Of a DNA stretch of 64,000 nucleotides, positions 1-14,084 are shown piece after piece. The notes beneath the pieces are model-generated. The model searched no databases. It was not told the origin of the DNA and saw only the letters and a program-made list of their open reading frames with translations. The stretch is from Centroscyllium fabricii (lineage: Eukaryota): assembly GCA_051313645.2 (NCBI GenBank), contig JBNRSN020000004.1:260090001-260154000 (forward strand), in the 5' to 3' direction. The translations under genes were made by a program, and so were the position numbers. How positions within the stretch are numbered: position 1 is the first letter of the stretch; every line of letters begins with the position of its first letter.

Positions 1-345
1 GCGAACCACGGGCGCCGCCACATCGTCCACCGCGGTCCACCACATGCGAATCACGGTTGCCGCCATCTCGTCCACCGCGGTCCGCCGCATGCGAATCACG
101 GGCGCCGCCATCTTGTCCTCAGCGGCCAGCCATGTGCGACACCCCGGCGCCGCCATCTTGTCCTCAGAGGCCAGCCATGTGCGACTCCCCGGCGCCGCCA
201 TCTTGCCCACCGCGGCCCGCCGCGTGCGAATCACGGGCGCCGCCATCATTTTTCCAGCGGCCAGCCATGTGTGACCCCCGGGCGCCGCCATCTTGTCCAC
301 CGCGGTCGGCTTCGTGCGAACCACGGGTGCCGCCATCTTGTGCAC
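1..345 (+). repeat. Coding tandem repeat (~57-60 bp unit) in gag C-terminus
   Basis: Repeated TGCGAATCACGGGCGCCGCCATCTTG; peptide CESRAPPSC. Confidence 0.9.
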
Positions 346-624
346 GGCCCCAGCTAGCGGAGGGCCCCTACACACACACACACACACTTCGGCATCAGCC
401 ATTGTCGACCAGGCTAGGCCGCACACCCTATCAAATTCCATGATGGGGATTAAAGTGGACGGTCACATTACTAACTGCCTGTTCGACACCGGAAGCACAG
501 AGAGCTTCATCCACCCCGACACAGTACGGCGCTACGCCATGCGGACCCTGCCCACGCGCTACCAAATCTCCCTTGCCTCAAATCCCACACGGCGGACGTC
601 ACCGGCTACTGCTTCGTCACGCTC

Positions 625-3246
625 ATGGTCAGGGACTGCGTGTACCGTAATTTTAAACTGCACATCCTCCAGCAGTTGTGCGCCCCAGTCTTACTGGGAA
701 TAGATTTCCAGTGCCACCTGAAGAGCGTGACAATGGAGTTCGGCGGGACCCTGGCCCCCCTCACCGTCAGTAGCCGGGACAATCTCTTCCTAAAGCGGAG
801 CACGACTTGTGGCCTATCCACCCTGAAATTCGACCCCCCCTCGCTGTTCGCCAACCTCGACCCCAACTGCAAACCTATTGCTACCAAGAGTCGGCATTAC
901 AGTGCAGGGGACCGGGCATTGATCAGGTCGGAAGTCGGGCGTATGCTGCAAGAGGGGATAATTGAGGCCAGCACCAGCCCCTGGCGGGCCCAGGTCGTAG
1001 TGGTTAAGACCGGTGAGAAACTGCGGATGGTGATTGATTACAGCCAGACAATTAACCGCTACACCGGGCTCAATGCCTACCCCCTTCCCCGCATCTCAGA
1101 TATGGTTAACCAGATCGCCCCGTATACGGTCTTTTCAATAATCGACCTTAAGTTGGCGTATCACCAACTCCCGATCCGGAAGTCCGACCGCCAGTACACC
1201 GTCTTCGAGGTGAACGGTCAGCTCTACCACTTCCTCCGTGTCCCCTTCGGTGTGACCAACTGGGTGTCGGTATTCCAAAGGGAGATGGACTGCATGGTTG
1301 ACCAGAAGGGGTTGCAGGCCACCTTCCCCTACCTGGACAACGTGACCATCTGCGGCCATGACCAGCAGGACCACGATGCCAACCTTGCCAAATTTCTCCA
1401 CACGGCAAAACGGCTCGATCTCACATACAATAAAGACAAGTGTGTCTTCAGTACAGATCGGCTCGCCATCTTTGGATACGTGGTGGAAAACGGGGTCCTC
1501 GGCCCCGATCCACAGTGTATGCGTCCCTTACAGGAACTGCCCCTACCTCACAACCCCAAAGCCCTGAGGAGATGTCTGGGATTTTTTTCCTATTGCACAC
1601 AATGGGTTCCCCAGTTCGCGGATAAGGCCAGGCCGCTCCTCGAGTCTGACGTCTTCCCCCTCTCGGTAGAAGCCCAAACGGCATTCGCCCTGATTAAGGA
1701 AGAGATCCTCAAGGCGACCATGCATGCCGTTGATGAGTCCATCCCTTTCCAGGTGGAGAGTGACGCTTCGGACTTCGCCCTTGCCGCCACCCTGAACCAG
1801 GCAGGCAGGCCCATAGCGTTTTTCTCCCGAACCCTACAGGGACCCGAAACTCGCCACTCAGCAGTGAAAAAGGAGGCCCAGGCCATCGTGGAGGCCGTGC
1901 GCTACTTGCGTCATTACCTGGCCAGTAAGCATTTTACCCTGCTCACCGACCAGCGGTCGGTCGCGTTTATGCTTAACAATAAACAAAAGGGTAAAATCAA
2001 GGATGATAAGATCCTACGGTGGCGGATCGAACTCTCGACTTACGAGTATGACATTCTTTACCGCCCAGGCAAACTCAACGAACCCCCGGACGCACTGTCC
2101 AGGGGAATGTGCGCCAGCGCCCAGCTGGACCGGCTGAAGGCCCTCCATGATCGCCTCTGCCACCCGGGTGTCACCAGACTCACCCATTTCATAAAATCCC
2201 GTAGCCTTCCCTACTCCATCACGGAGATTAAGGCTATGACCAGAGAGTGCCCTGTCTGTGCCGAGTGCAAACCCCACTTTTACAGGCCAGACACGGCGCA
2301 CGTCATCAAAGCCACCCACCCCTTTGAACGTCTGAGCGTGGACTTGAAAGGCCCCCTCCCCTCCACTGACCGCAACTCGTACTTCCTCATGGTCGTGGAC
2401 GAATTCTCCCACTTCCCCGTCGCCTTCCCCTGCCCAGATATGATGAGCGCAACGGTGATAAGAAACTTCACCACACTGTTCGCCATTTTCGGTCTCCCCA
2501 TGAGCGACGAACTGCGTCAGTTTCTGCTTCAGAAAGGGGTTGCCTCAAGCAGAACGACCAGTTACAACCCCTGGGGGAACGGCCAGGTAGAAAGGGAGAA
2601 CGGGATCATTTGGAAGGCGGTCAACCTGGCCCTGAAGTCCAGAGGCCTTCCAGTTTCCCGTTGGCAGGCAGTCCTCCCAGACGCGCTCCACTCCATCCGC
2701 TCTCTGCTGTGTATGGCTACAAACGCTACACCTCACAACCTGTTACTTTCCTTCCCCAGGAAGTCGACTTCGGGGACAGCACTCCCACCGTGGCTCACGA
2801 TGCCCGGGCCGGTCTTACTTAGAAAACATGTCCGTGGCCATAATACCGACCCCCTGGTGGAAAAGGTGCAGCTGCTGCACGCCAACCTGCAGCATGCCTA
2901 CGTGCAATTCCTGGACGGGCGCGAGGACACAGTTTCGATCAGAGACCTGGCGCCCGCTGGGAGCAGTAGGGCAGAACCCCCGGTCGAGCCTCAGCCCGAC
3001 CAACCACCATCCACCGAACACTGGCCTACACACCAACCAACATCCACCGAATACTGGCCTACATACAGACACACACCGGGGCCCTCGACGCTATCGGCCG
3101 ACAACCCAGGGCCGGACGCCACGCTGCAGGCACTGTTGCCGGAGGACCCGACCCCGTCACCACAACCGGCACCAGCGCCGCTACCGGAACCCCGGCAGTC
3201 GCCACGTCAGACGCGACCACCGGAAAGACTTATAGAACATTGCTGA
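625..3246 (+). pseudogene. pol: Gypsy pol (RT, RNase H, integrase), frameshifted from the protease; 11-aa in-frame deletion in integrase core
   Basis: YLDN RT motif, ESDASD RNase H, HxxxCHPG..CPVC zinc finger; reads FGLP|MSDEL where B has FGLPSYIHSDRGSSFMSDEL, so the second catalytic D is lost. Confidence 0.93.
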
Positions 3247-4376
3247 TACGGACACAAATGTTTTTTTGCACTGTTCTGTTCCCTTCACCCCGCCGGACTC
3301 ATTCTCAAAGAAGGGGTGAATCTGGTAATCATATTACCACTGTATATAGTTGTATTGTAGTTGTATTGCACCACATGACCAATGTATATAGTTGCTTGGT
3401 GTATTGTATGTAGAACACTGTTGTAAGGCCAGGTCAGCCACACCTTTAACTCCTCCCCTCAGGTGGGAGCCTTATAGGTGAGGTCTGCCCTGCCCCCAGT
3501 CATTTTGTGCCTGATGTTCAACTGGAGACTAGCTCCATCTTTAAGTTAATAAAAGCCTGTAGTTAAGGTAACTACTCGTCTTTAGTCTTATTGACGATAC
3601 GTCAGTGGGGCAGGAGGAGCATTCAGTGACACCATGTTAATGTGGTTGTTTTTGGAGCAGCCTGCAATGGTCACTTTAAGGACCCACCCATTCAGCGAGA
3701 TTGGTGTTCTTTTCATGGAAACTAAAAATTCTAAACCAGCTCTTTGTGCTGGCAATATTCTAAAGGTTTTGTGATCGAAGCAAATGTATGGCATTGATCA
3801 CTTGAGTAATAGGAGTGTGTTCAATGGTATGGGCTTATTTTGGATATTTGCTACCGTCTCTAAATTATCTCAAATTATCATGACAGCTGTTTAAATGGGT
3901 GTCATTTCAGGCTGTGTTATACTTATGATTTTTAATCATGTAGTGGTGGACCACAACAGAAACAAATAAATTAACTGGAACAATGTAGACTCTGCAGACA
4001 GCTGAGACCTTTTTCCTTCTATGAGTGAATGATTAAACAATAGAAATGAAAAAAAATAGTTCCTGTGTGTTTTTATTAGGGTTATACATTTGTCACAAAG
4101 ATAACAGTTATCATGGGAACCACAGAATGTCACCTTCATGCTGTACCCAGTGCTCTTATTAACATAAAACTCTGCAGGTTGGGGGAGGAGAGGATGAAAC
4201 TACAAAACCGATTTAAGAGGCAGAAAATGACCTGAAGTAGCACCATAGGAAACAGCCAATGGATTGTCCAACCCATAAGGTGCTTTTCTGGAGTCTTGCG
4301 GCTTGGAAGCAGCTCTCTCGCCAGTTTAAAATCACAGGCCCCGCTGTTTCCTATGGAGCAACTCCAGGATGCTCAC

Positions 4377-4453
4377 CATCAGTGATGTCACCTGAGGAAC
4401 CTGGCAATGTGGGAGCTCCAATGATGTCTATCCTGTCAGTAAAACTGTCATTT
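4377..4453 (-). other. Possible 77-bp host exon
   Basis: TTTATTTTATGTTTGGTAG acceptor, G|GTGAGC donor, open frame NDSFTDRIDIIGAPTLPGSSGDITD; no recognised homology. Confidence 0.2.
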
Positions 4454-6479
4454 CTACCAAACATAAAATAAAGTAATAGTGAACCTATTATTCTCCTTGA
4501 TAAAATGCTGGAGTACTTTGAATTATAAATTACATCCTCCCCACCCAATCCAGACTTGCCTTCCCCTTTAACTTAGCACAGATTGAGCAATAACACGTAC
4601 CACACAAACATGTGCCTGCCACATTTTAGTAGTTCGCATTACTGGAATCAAATTTAAGTGTGAATTAACAACCAATGAATTAAAATTAATGACATATTAT
4701 AATTTTAATGTGTCTCAAAAGAGTTGAAAATAGAAAAATAATTGTACTTTTCGAAAGGGTTGTGACATTGTCCATGACAACAGATCAATTCTGACACGAT
4801 TGCATCACGATTTTGAACCAATTTTTCTGTAATAAATGCACAATTCTAGTGACCATAAAGGTATGTAGTTTGGCGTGCTCGTCAGAGGAACAGTATATCG
4901 CATTACATTGCTGCATTCCATCTTCACACACCATATCACATTACTGCCTTTCAACTTATTACTTACATGTTCATGTTTCCGCTTTATTTAAGTGATGATT
5001 TATCAACTTCTTAAGTTTTCCTTAATTTCCAATTATTATATTAAAACATATCACAGAAAATCCATTGGATATCACAGAGCTTTTAAAGTAAAATATTTTT
5101 TAAATCCTAGAAGCAGTAATAACAAGCATATTAACCATTAGTTGGGAGGCAGTTAATGCAATGTTAATTAATTCCTTTAAAGAAGAGCTTGGAACATATC
5201 TAGCTAGAAATTCGATTGGTTGAAGGTTAGGCACAGATAATCACACATTCCATGAAATATTATGAAAATACCATTTGTGGAATGCCACTAGCCAAGCTTG
5301 ATTACTAAAAACATAAGTATAAATGAATAGTTTGCATTTCTGCTTGGCTATTTGTTGCGGTCACAGAGAAATTTTGCAAAACTTTCCGTCAGGAAATTTC
5401 ATGGATGGGGTAGAATCAATGACAGGTGAATTGTGTATGGTCCATGGAAACAGCAAGCTTGCTAGGCCAAAGATCCTTCCTCATTCCATTCTTTTTTTAT
5501 ATTTTATCAGACGCTCTGATATATCTGATTGAGTTACAGTGAGGGGGTCAGTGTATTTCTTTTATCTGCACAGTGAGGAGAGTGTCATTAAAATTATATT
5601 TAATATTAATTTTTGTTTATTCCAGCCAAATAAAATGTGTACAAATGAAACAATTGTGCAGATTTTCCAGCCTTGGCCACCTTTTGTCAACAAGTTTACT
5701 TCAGCGGGTTTCCCATGGTCAGCCAATTTTCATTAAGTCAATTTTTGAAGGCAAGCTCCTGATCCATATTGGACCCAGTGCTGACAGCTGACTGAAAGAG
5801 CTGGGGCAAGAAAATGCATGTGAACAGTTCTTAAAAAGTAATATTGCATTGCGGGAATTTTGAAATTTGGCTTTATTAAGGCAGTATTACGCAGCAGCCC
5901 AAGTTCTCTTAAGGCTCCAAATTCAGTTAAGTATATTTTTAAAACTTACTAAAATGTAGGCCTGATTTTCCTAAGTGCGGCCGGCGATCCAGTCTAGCAG
6001 TGGGGGCCTCAAACAAGTATTAGGCCACTTATTTGCTTATATCCAAAGGGCCTAATGCCTGTTTCTGCCATGGACACGGTAAACTGGTTTATTGGCCCAT
6101 CTTTTGGCTGACGGCACACCTCCTGATCATAATGAGCGTGTACCTCCTGCCCACCATATTGGAGGCTTAAGGGGCTGGGATGGGGAAAGGAGCAGCTGAA
6201 TTTCCGGGCCCATGTATTAGAATATTTTCTGTTTTGTTAAGGTGAATAGTTCAGAGTGGGACCTTCTGAAAAGAGTTTGAGTAACTGAATATTTTGTTTC
6301 ACTTTGCCTGTGGCTCACATGCTCGTTAGTAAGCATTTGAACAAAAAGCAAAATGTTTTTCCTTTTGGGAGGGTGATTTAGCTGCAAAGTTTTGAGTTGC
6401 CTTCACTGCAGCTACATCTCTGCTTGGGCCCCAATTCATATTGCTTTAACATCTTTCAATTGTGAACTTTAGCAACCTT

Positions 6480-8210
6480 CATAGGGGGGTCAGTGCGTGG
6501 GATCTGTGGTGGGTTGGGTGGAAATTTGTTTTTTTTGATGGTGGGTCGGGACCCCGCTGTCAACCCACCACAACGTGCCTTTCCCAATGTCGAGTCTGCC
6601 AGCACTGAGCAGACCCAACAGGCAGTGGCTGGTGACCCAAGTAAAATCATTAACATCTAGTTGACAGATTATTAACAGGCTTTGTAAACTTATCTTTTCA
6701 CTTTAATTTTGTGGCCATGGGAACTACACTTTTTGGGGACCACCACTGTCAACCTGAGCTGGGAGTTCAGTGGCCATTGCTCCAGCTGATTACTTGGCAG
6801 CTTCAAATGTACAATAAAAGCTTCCACCTGACAGATCATCACTTTCCTCAGCCACAAGCTGTTTCTCAGTCCATTTCCAGCAAAGACTCTGCAGGCTTTC
6901 CACTTTCCACTCTCATTGGAAGAACTCACTCACTATTGAAAGAATGCTTCTGTCATCTCTACTTCACCTGCCATCTATTCCATCAACATGGGTGCCCTTT
7001 ATACTGTCTCACCTTGGTCCTCAGAATCGGTCCACGATCAGCTCCAACACCAGCAGCACTAGGCACAGCAGCAGCACCACCAACAACACTAATCTTCTCC
7101 GCAATCTCCTGATGCTGCACAGGACAGAGGACATCAGCACCCGAGCACATTGCTGCCCGGGAGGCCAGGAATGGTCTCACCATGGCCAGATTTACTTCAC
7201 CTGATGCTGTACACCCTAGCTGCTAAATGATGCACCAGTTTGGCATCATCCCACACTAACACCATAAAGCATCCCTACAATATCCAAGCCATTCCTTTCA
7301 CACTCACCACCTTTGCGGGAGGACCGTTATGTTTCACCATTCACTGCAACTCACTAAGCCACTTCCAGAGGTACACAAAAATCTGTCCAATACTGCAAAG
7401 TTTTGAAAATAAAGGTTTCAATGTTTGATAGCACATGAACAGAAACTTTACATGAACATTGGTTAAACCACCCAAGTGGCTACCCTTGTGTGTTGTTAGT
7501 TGGTATGATTAGACTACGATGAGGGTGAGTGTGATGGGTGGCTAGTAAAATGGGGAAGTAATAATGTAGATAGAGAGGGATGGGTGGAGATGCAAGGTAA
7601 GTTGGTGTGAGTAAGAATGTGCAGGAGTAGGGTAGGGAAGGCAGAGTGATGGGGATGTGATGAGAGGCACAGCAGGATGGTGAGTGTGGCTTTGTGCTAA
7701 CGTTTTGTGATCTAATGAGATAATTTAAACATTTGCGGCACTGCAGCCTGGTCCTCCTGACCACATCCCTGCTTATGCCCTCCTGTGTAATGTGCAACCA
7801 GGCTGTATTGGTGTCCTGGGGCAGTCTCTTCCGCCCATCCGAAGGGAAGAGAACCTCCCTGCGTGCTCTGACTCCCTCCATAAGCATATGGAGCGAGTCA
7901 TGGGAGAATCTGGGTGCAGCCCTGGATCTCTGTGCAGTGATTGTAAGTGTTTACAGCACCTCAATGCTGCAAAACACTGACAGCACAAATGTTAAAAGAA
8001 AGTTGGCCATGGTCCCTTTAAGGAAACCAGCTGATGATGCGTCACCAGACCCGCTTCCTCGAATTGGACCGCAAACAAGCTGGGCGGGCTTAATAAGCCC
8101 CATCAATGTAAAATAATTTTCCATAGCGGGATGGAGCTAGCAGCAGGGTCGGGACCTACCATCGACTTTGCGTGCCGCGGATCCTCCGAGGTAAGGAAAA
8201 TCCAGCCCAT
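6480..8210. mobile_element. Degenerate PIF/Harbinger deletion derivative: transposase N-terminal remnant (+) and Myb/SANT remnant (-)
   Basis: ORF 7480-7887(-) RREVLFPSDGRK..AWLHITQE..LQCRKCLN is Myb/SANT-like; Q/P-rich remnant from ~6988 resembles 62964 onward; boundaries approximate. Confidence 0.7.
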
Positions 8211-9173
8211 TCTGGGCTGTGTTCAAATCTATTTTATCTGAACTGAATTACCTGGATTATGGAATATTATTTTACTATAGTTTATCTTATATTTCCTCTG
8301 AGATGCTGCAGTTATTTACTTTTATGGCTTTTACAGTTTTCTGTTTATACTTTCGTAATGGGAATTTAACCAAACGTGGTTAACTGTGTACTGTTGCTTT
8401 TGTGTCTTACAGTGCACAATCATGTTGTCAATTGTGGGTGTCCACAGAAATGTTCTAATCTATTATAATACTTAATGTATGAAGTTAAAGCACTGACAGT
8501 AAGGGTTTTTGATATCTTTGTTTTGTATTCCATCAAGTCTCATAAAATATAGCATCTTGGAAATCAAACTCTCCTATGTGCTGCCGCAAGTTAATGTGTT
8601 TCTTTCCAGAACCCAAAGCTAAATAGGTTTTGAATTAGATTGTGATGAATATATTTTTAATCCAGATCCCCAAATAGCTGAGTATTTCCTCACCTTACTA
8701 ACCTTAAAGGCATTACAGGTTAATGGTTTATATATGTGACTTAATCTTCTCCTGCATGCATAATACCAATTTCTTTGCATAAATAATAGCAAATAATGAT
8801 GTGAAATGAATAATTGATTGCATATTAATGCGAGTAAAATGGATTCCAAAGCCACCATCTAGATCAACACTGTAAAGGGAAAGGGAGTCAGAAATTGAGC
8901 AGCTTAGAAGGTGCTGCAAACATCTATATCCAGCTGACTGCAAAGAAAATGATGAGCAAAGGTCCCCTGTTTCTAATTTGGATTAAATATTACTTGAGAC
9001 TGGGTGATGCAATACATTTTTTGAACCAACAACACTCTCAGTGTACAAATCAGACTCTGATGGCAATTTATCTGCAGTGGGGTCAAAGGTCTCCTCTCAC
9101 TGATAGCTCGTAAAGATCAAAACAAGGCAAAAAATTCTGTCGGCCTCAATCTAGATCTCGGTGAACATCTTGT

Positions 9174-10956
9174 TCCAGTCCTGCTCGGGTCCCCTCTTTT
9201 TCCGGTACATTGATGACTGTATCGGTGCCGTCTCCTGCTCTCACCCTGAACTAGAATATTTCAAGCAATTTGCTTCCAATTTCCACCCTTCCCTCACCTT
9301 CACATGGTCCATCTCCGATTCTTCCCTTCCTCGACTTCTCCATCTCCATCTCTGGGGATAGGTTATTGACCAACATTCCACTACAAGCCCACTGACTCCC
9401 ACAGCTACCTGGACTACACTTCCTCCCACCCCGCCTCCTGTAAGGACTCTATTCCATTCTCCCAGTTTCTCTGTCTCCGCTGCGTCTGCTCTGACGATGC
9501 CACCTTCCATCCCAGTGCTTCCGACATGTCTTCCTTTTTCTTCAACCGAGGATTTCCCTCTACTGTGGTTGACATGGCCCTCAACCATGTCCGTTCTATC
9601 TCCCGCACTTCTGCCATCACCCCTGCCCCTCCCTCCCGGAACCATGATAGAGTTCCCCTTGTTGTCACCTATCACCCCATCAGCCTCCACATTCAACGGA
9701 TCATCCTCTGTCATTTCCGCCACATCCAGCGTGATCCCACCACCAAATGCATCTTCTCATCACCTCCCCTTTCAACATTCCGTAGGGACCGCTCCCTCCT
9801 CGACACCCTAGTCCACTCATCTACCACCCCCAGCACTGTTTCCCCTTTGCCCGGCACCTTCCCGTACAAGCGCAGGAGATGCAACACATGCCCTTATACC
9901 TCCCCCCTTCCCACTGTCCAGCGCCCCAAACACCCCTTCCAGGTGAAACAGCAATTTACGTGTACTTCCTGCAATTTAGTATACTCTATTCACTGCTCAC
10001 GATGTGGTCTCCTCTACATTGGGGAGACCAAATGCAGATTGGGTGACCTCTTTGCAGAACACCTCTGTTCAGTCCACAAGGGGGACCCCGAGCTCCCGGT
10101 GGCCTGTCACTTTAATTCTCCACTCCACTCCCAGTAAGACCTCACTGTCTTTGGCCTGTTGCATTGTTCCATGGAAGCTCAGCATAATTAAAGAATCGTA
10201 GAATCATAGAATCCCTACAGTGCAGATTGAGTCCATTTCGGCCCATCGAGCCTGCACCGACATATATCCCACCCTATCCCCGTAACCCCACATATTTAAT
10301 CTCCCTAACACTAAGGGTCAATTTATCATGGCCAATCAACCTAACCCGCACATCTTTGGACTGTGGGAGGAAACCGGAGCACCCGGAGGAAACCCACGCA
10401 GACACGGGGAGAATGTGCAAACTCCACACAGATAGTCACCCGAGGCTGGATTTGAACCCGGACCCCTAGCGCTGTGAGGCAACAGTACTAACCACTATGC
10501 CACCATGCCATGTAAACTCAAGGAACAGCACCTCATCTTTCACAGCCCTCTGGACTAAACATAGAGTTCAACAATTTTAGATCATAACCTCGGTCCCTAT
10601 CACATTTATATATATATATATTTTCTCTCATTTTTCAATCCACACTTTCGTCTGGGCTTTTTCCATTTTTTTCTTTTTTCTTCTCTCTGCCAGAGCCATT
10701 CACACCTCCTCCAGAACCATCCTGTGCTCCTTGAATTTCTCTTAATGTCTCTCAGTCTCTTAATCTCCCCTGCCTTCTATCCTGTCACTTACCTTCCCTT
10801 TGTTCTTTCAGCCCCTCCCCCTTTCCACAGCACCTACTTGCTTTAAAATCTATCCCCTCGCCTGGTTTCTCCAGTTCTGACCTGAAACGTTAACTCTGTT
10901 TCTCTTTCCACCGATGCTGCCTGGCCTGCTGAGTTTTTCCAGTGTTTTTTGTTGTT
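9174..10956 (+). mobile_element. 5'-truncated Penelope-like retroelement (RT C-terminus, GIY-YIG endonuclease, tail)
   Basis: FFRYIDDCIG; CNTC..LVYSIHCSRCGLLYIGET..RLGDLFAEH in ORF 9526-10137; flanked by 19-bp direct repeat. Confidence 0.9.
10192..10509 (-). mobile_element. tRNA-derived V-SINE (HE1-like) inserted in the Penelope element
   Basis: tRNA-like head with A/B boxes, V-domain GGGTTTCCTCCGGGTGCTCCGGTTTCCTCCCACAGTCCAAAGA, CR1-type tail (ATTCTATG)n. Confidence 0.9.
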
Positions 10957-11297
10957 ATCTCGGTGAACATCTTGTCAGAGCCACCTATTGTCCTAGCCAA
11001 AAAACAAAGCAAAATGTGAAGTGAGAAGGGAGGAGCAAGAATACGTTTCAAAAAGCCAAAGTAATCATTTATTTCTCAAAGATTCTGGTAATTGACTACT
11101 GAAAGTAAATACTTAGACCTACCAGCTTCTTGACCAATGTAATCCACCAGGGGATCTATATTACAGAATCTTGGGCAGAAAGTAATTTCTTCCCAAATTT
11201 TAACAACAACAAAAAATTAGTAGGCACATCAAATGCCAAATTCTTCAGTCCTGGCAACATCCTCGTAAATCGCCTCTATACCCTCTCTAATCTGGGT

Positions 11298-11525
11298 ACC
11301 CAAAGACATACAGGTTAGGTGAATTGGAGATACTAAAAATTGCTCATGAGTATGTGTGCGAGATATAGTTCTTGGAGTTGGGGCTGTCGGGGGATATGGG
11401 GAGAGGGGAGGAGAGGGGTGCTGGGTTTGGATGATCAGCCATGATCTCATCAAAATGGCGGAGCAGGCTCGAAGGGCCGAATGGCCGACTCCTGCTCCTA
11501 TCTTCTGTATTTCTGTGTTTCTGTG
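11298..11525 (+). mobile_element. Partial V-SINE with CR1-type 3' tail
   Basis: CCAAAGACATACAGGTTAGGTGAATTGG followed by GATCAGCCATGATC..GCAGGCTCGAAGGGCCGAATGG..TTTCTGTG repeats. Confidence 0.75.
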
Positions 11526-13254
11526 GGTAACTGGCTGATAATGTACTGCAAATAATCTAACTAGCTGATAGACAAAGTAGCAGTTCTCAGGAAACGTGCC
11601 CCCTCTGCAGAAATGCTAAGGGGCAATATATAACTAACTCAATATTGAAACTTAGTAGAATGTAAAAAATAGTAATTAATCACTCTCGCTGTAATTTAGT
11701 CACGTCTAAGCTGCCTATTCACCTTCCCTGTTTTGAGCTTGCACCCCTTTCCCAATGTTGAAGAAAGGCTATTTGAGATATGGAGTTAAAGTTTCATCCT
11801 CATGGCCTGAGCAATAATCTGGCAGAGCGGACCGACCCTCTGTATAGAACCCATCCAAATTTAATTCCATTGAAAGTGAAAATTTACTCCATGGAATCTG
11901 GAAGGAGTATGATACCATTGTAAAGATGGTGTTCTCATTTCCCAAATACTCTTCACTCAATTTTTTTTAGGTGACCCAATCAAATGGATAACTAAATTAA
12001 AATGAAGGGTTATAGCAGAGCCTAGAAAACTAAGGCTGGTCTAAAGAATGAAACCTTTGATATAGGAACATACAAATTGGTGTAGGCTATTTGGCCCATT
12101 GAAGTCCTGCTGCACCATTTCTGTTAGTTATGGCAGCTCTATCTTTTTATTGTGAAAGTTGAACTTATACTGACAGAGAATACCTAAAGGAATATCCTAG
12201 GAATTAAGTGTTGACTCTGTTCAATTACCAGGTGGAAGTAAAAGATCCTCAAGGGTCGTGTCTCCCTTCTTCCAAATGTGCGAGCAGAGTTCAGAGTATT
12301 CAAGAAGCACCTACCAAACAAAATTGTTTCACCATCATTCCCATTATCAGAAGAGCAGCCTGCACTCTATAAATCTTGTGAAGGTGAAGCCTCAGATCAA
12401 GCAAGGTGTAGAGGGGAAAAAGCTTGTCTGATGCTCATAGGTTTGCTTAAGTATATGACATCAAAGCATTAGCTGTGGTGGAGCCTCAACTTACCTCATT
12501 CTTATAAAAAATCCAAAGTATAGGGAAGAAAAATAAACCCCATACTTCAGTCGACATTCAATTGTCATTTCAAGAAGTGTGTCCATCCAAAACCTAACCT
12601 CAGCAGAAGAATATTTTATGCTCTGACTATACTCTAGCTCATATGTCTTTAATCAGCCACAAACAGCAGCAGTGTAAACAACAGTAATGTAAAATAACCC
12701 CTCAAGGACCAGATTCATTTAGAAGCCCCTTGCAACATACATTGTGAGAAAGAAAATTAAAAAGAGAGGTTTTGGGTAAGTTAGAGTGTGTTAGATGTGT
12801 TGAACATGGACTATAGCCCAATAAAAACTTGACAGTCTCCTAGTGAAGCAGCAACCTGTTCAATGTGTACAGGATGGATTAAAGTGCACCAAGTCCAGTT
12901 GACCTGCTCCATATGTTGCAACATCAAGGGCCTTTCTTGTCACTGCCCTGTCATGCAAAATAAGGATGGATAGGAATTATTCAAGGTTCCAGATGCCCAA
13001 ACAAAGAAAGGATGTTAGACACATGTTGTGCTGGAGTTGTTTATCTTTTGAGCTCCATACAATAGACATTTGGAACCCATTTAGAAAGAGGATTAGAAGT
13101 TGGATTAAAACAAATATGGGTTTGTGTAAAAATGATGGCAACTTCTAGAAGCTGAGACTCAAATGTCTTATTGAAATTTGTAGTCACCTTTGGATGTGCA
13201 AAGCAAATGGATATACTTCCTTTGGTTCCAAGTATATGGGGCCCAAATAACATC

Positions 13255-13579
13255 CACTGTTAATCCGGCACCCTCGGGACCAGGCCGATGCCGGACCACT
13301 GAAAATTCCGAAACACTGAAGGTTCGGGGGAGCGCGCGGTAGAACACTCCCCGGGGCCCGGAGCGCACGGTAGAACACTCCCGGGGATAGAACACTTACA
13401 AAACCTGAAAAAAAAACAGAAACCCAAACGCCTGACACCTTCGGTGCTCACTCACCCTTCCCGGGAAATGGTGGCGCCACCGAGCGGTTGCTCTGCAAAA
13501 TGAGTGTCGGTTTCCAATCGTGCCAGACCACTGAAACTGCTGGACCATCGGGTGCCAGATTACCGGTGCTCAACCTGTA
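13255..13579. mobile_element. Short Tc1/mariner (Tigger/pogo-like) MITE with internal ~33-bp tandem repeat
   Basis: TAATCCGGCACC at left versus GGTGCCAGATTA..CAACCTG|TA at right; GGAGCGC(G/A)CGGTAGAACACTCCCCGGGG twice. Confidence 0.55.
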
Positions 13580-14084
13580 CAATATTCCTTCTAGTAGAAT
13601 CAGAGATGCAGTTCCATATGTCTTATTTCTGATGCTAAGGAACCTACACTATTAATATTGACAGGTACAATCCAAAACACTGGTGACATCAGATAGAAAG
13701 TAAAAAAAAAATCAAAATGTTTAATTTCTGCCTGTGGACCTCACCTGATGACTGGGCATGGTTCACAGGCAAGCAACGTGAAAGCTGAATTGCCACCACA
13801 TATGGATGGACTGAACATTAAGCTCACCTGCTGCCAGAAAGTAATCAGAGCTACCTTATTTAACTCACAGCCTCGCTGCCAAATGTTATGACCATTGGTC
13901 ACAATAGCACTGTAAATCTCATTGCACCTTAGTGGAGGGAAACATGGTGAAAACTCAATTTTGCAGGATGATGAAGTGCTAGTCATATAATGATGCAGCT
14001 GTCCACACTGCAATGTAACATAGCTATGATTTAGTTTTGCTGGATCTGGTTCCTGACATTTTTTTCTGTGTCAATCTGGTAATC

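Larger units (their letters stand above)
1..3604 (+). mobile_element. Ty3/Gypsy LTR retrotransposon A (5' end outside window)
   Basis: Gag repeat region, protease LFDTGS (~478-495), pol ORF, PPT AAAGAAGGGGTGAA (3307-3320), 3' LTR 3321-3604 ending GATACGTCA like elements B and E. Confidence 0.95.

Noticed and set aside
10430-10509. tRNA gene
   Set aside because: It is the tRNA-derived head of a V-SINE
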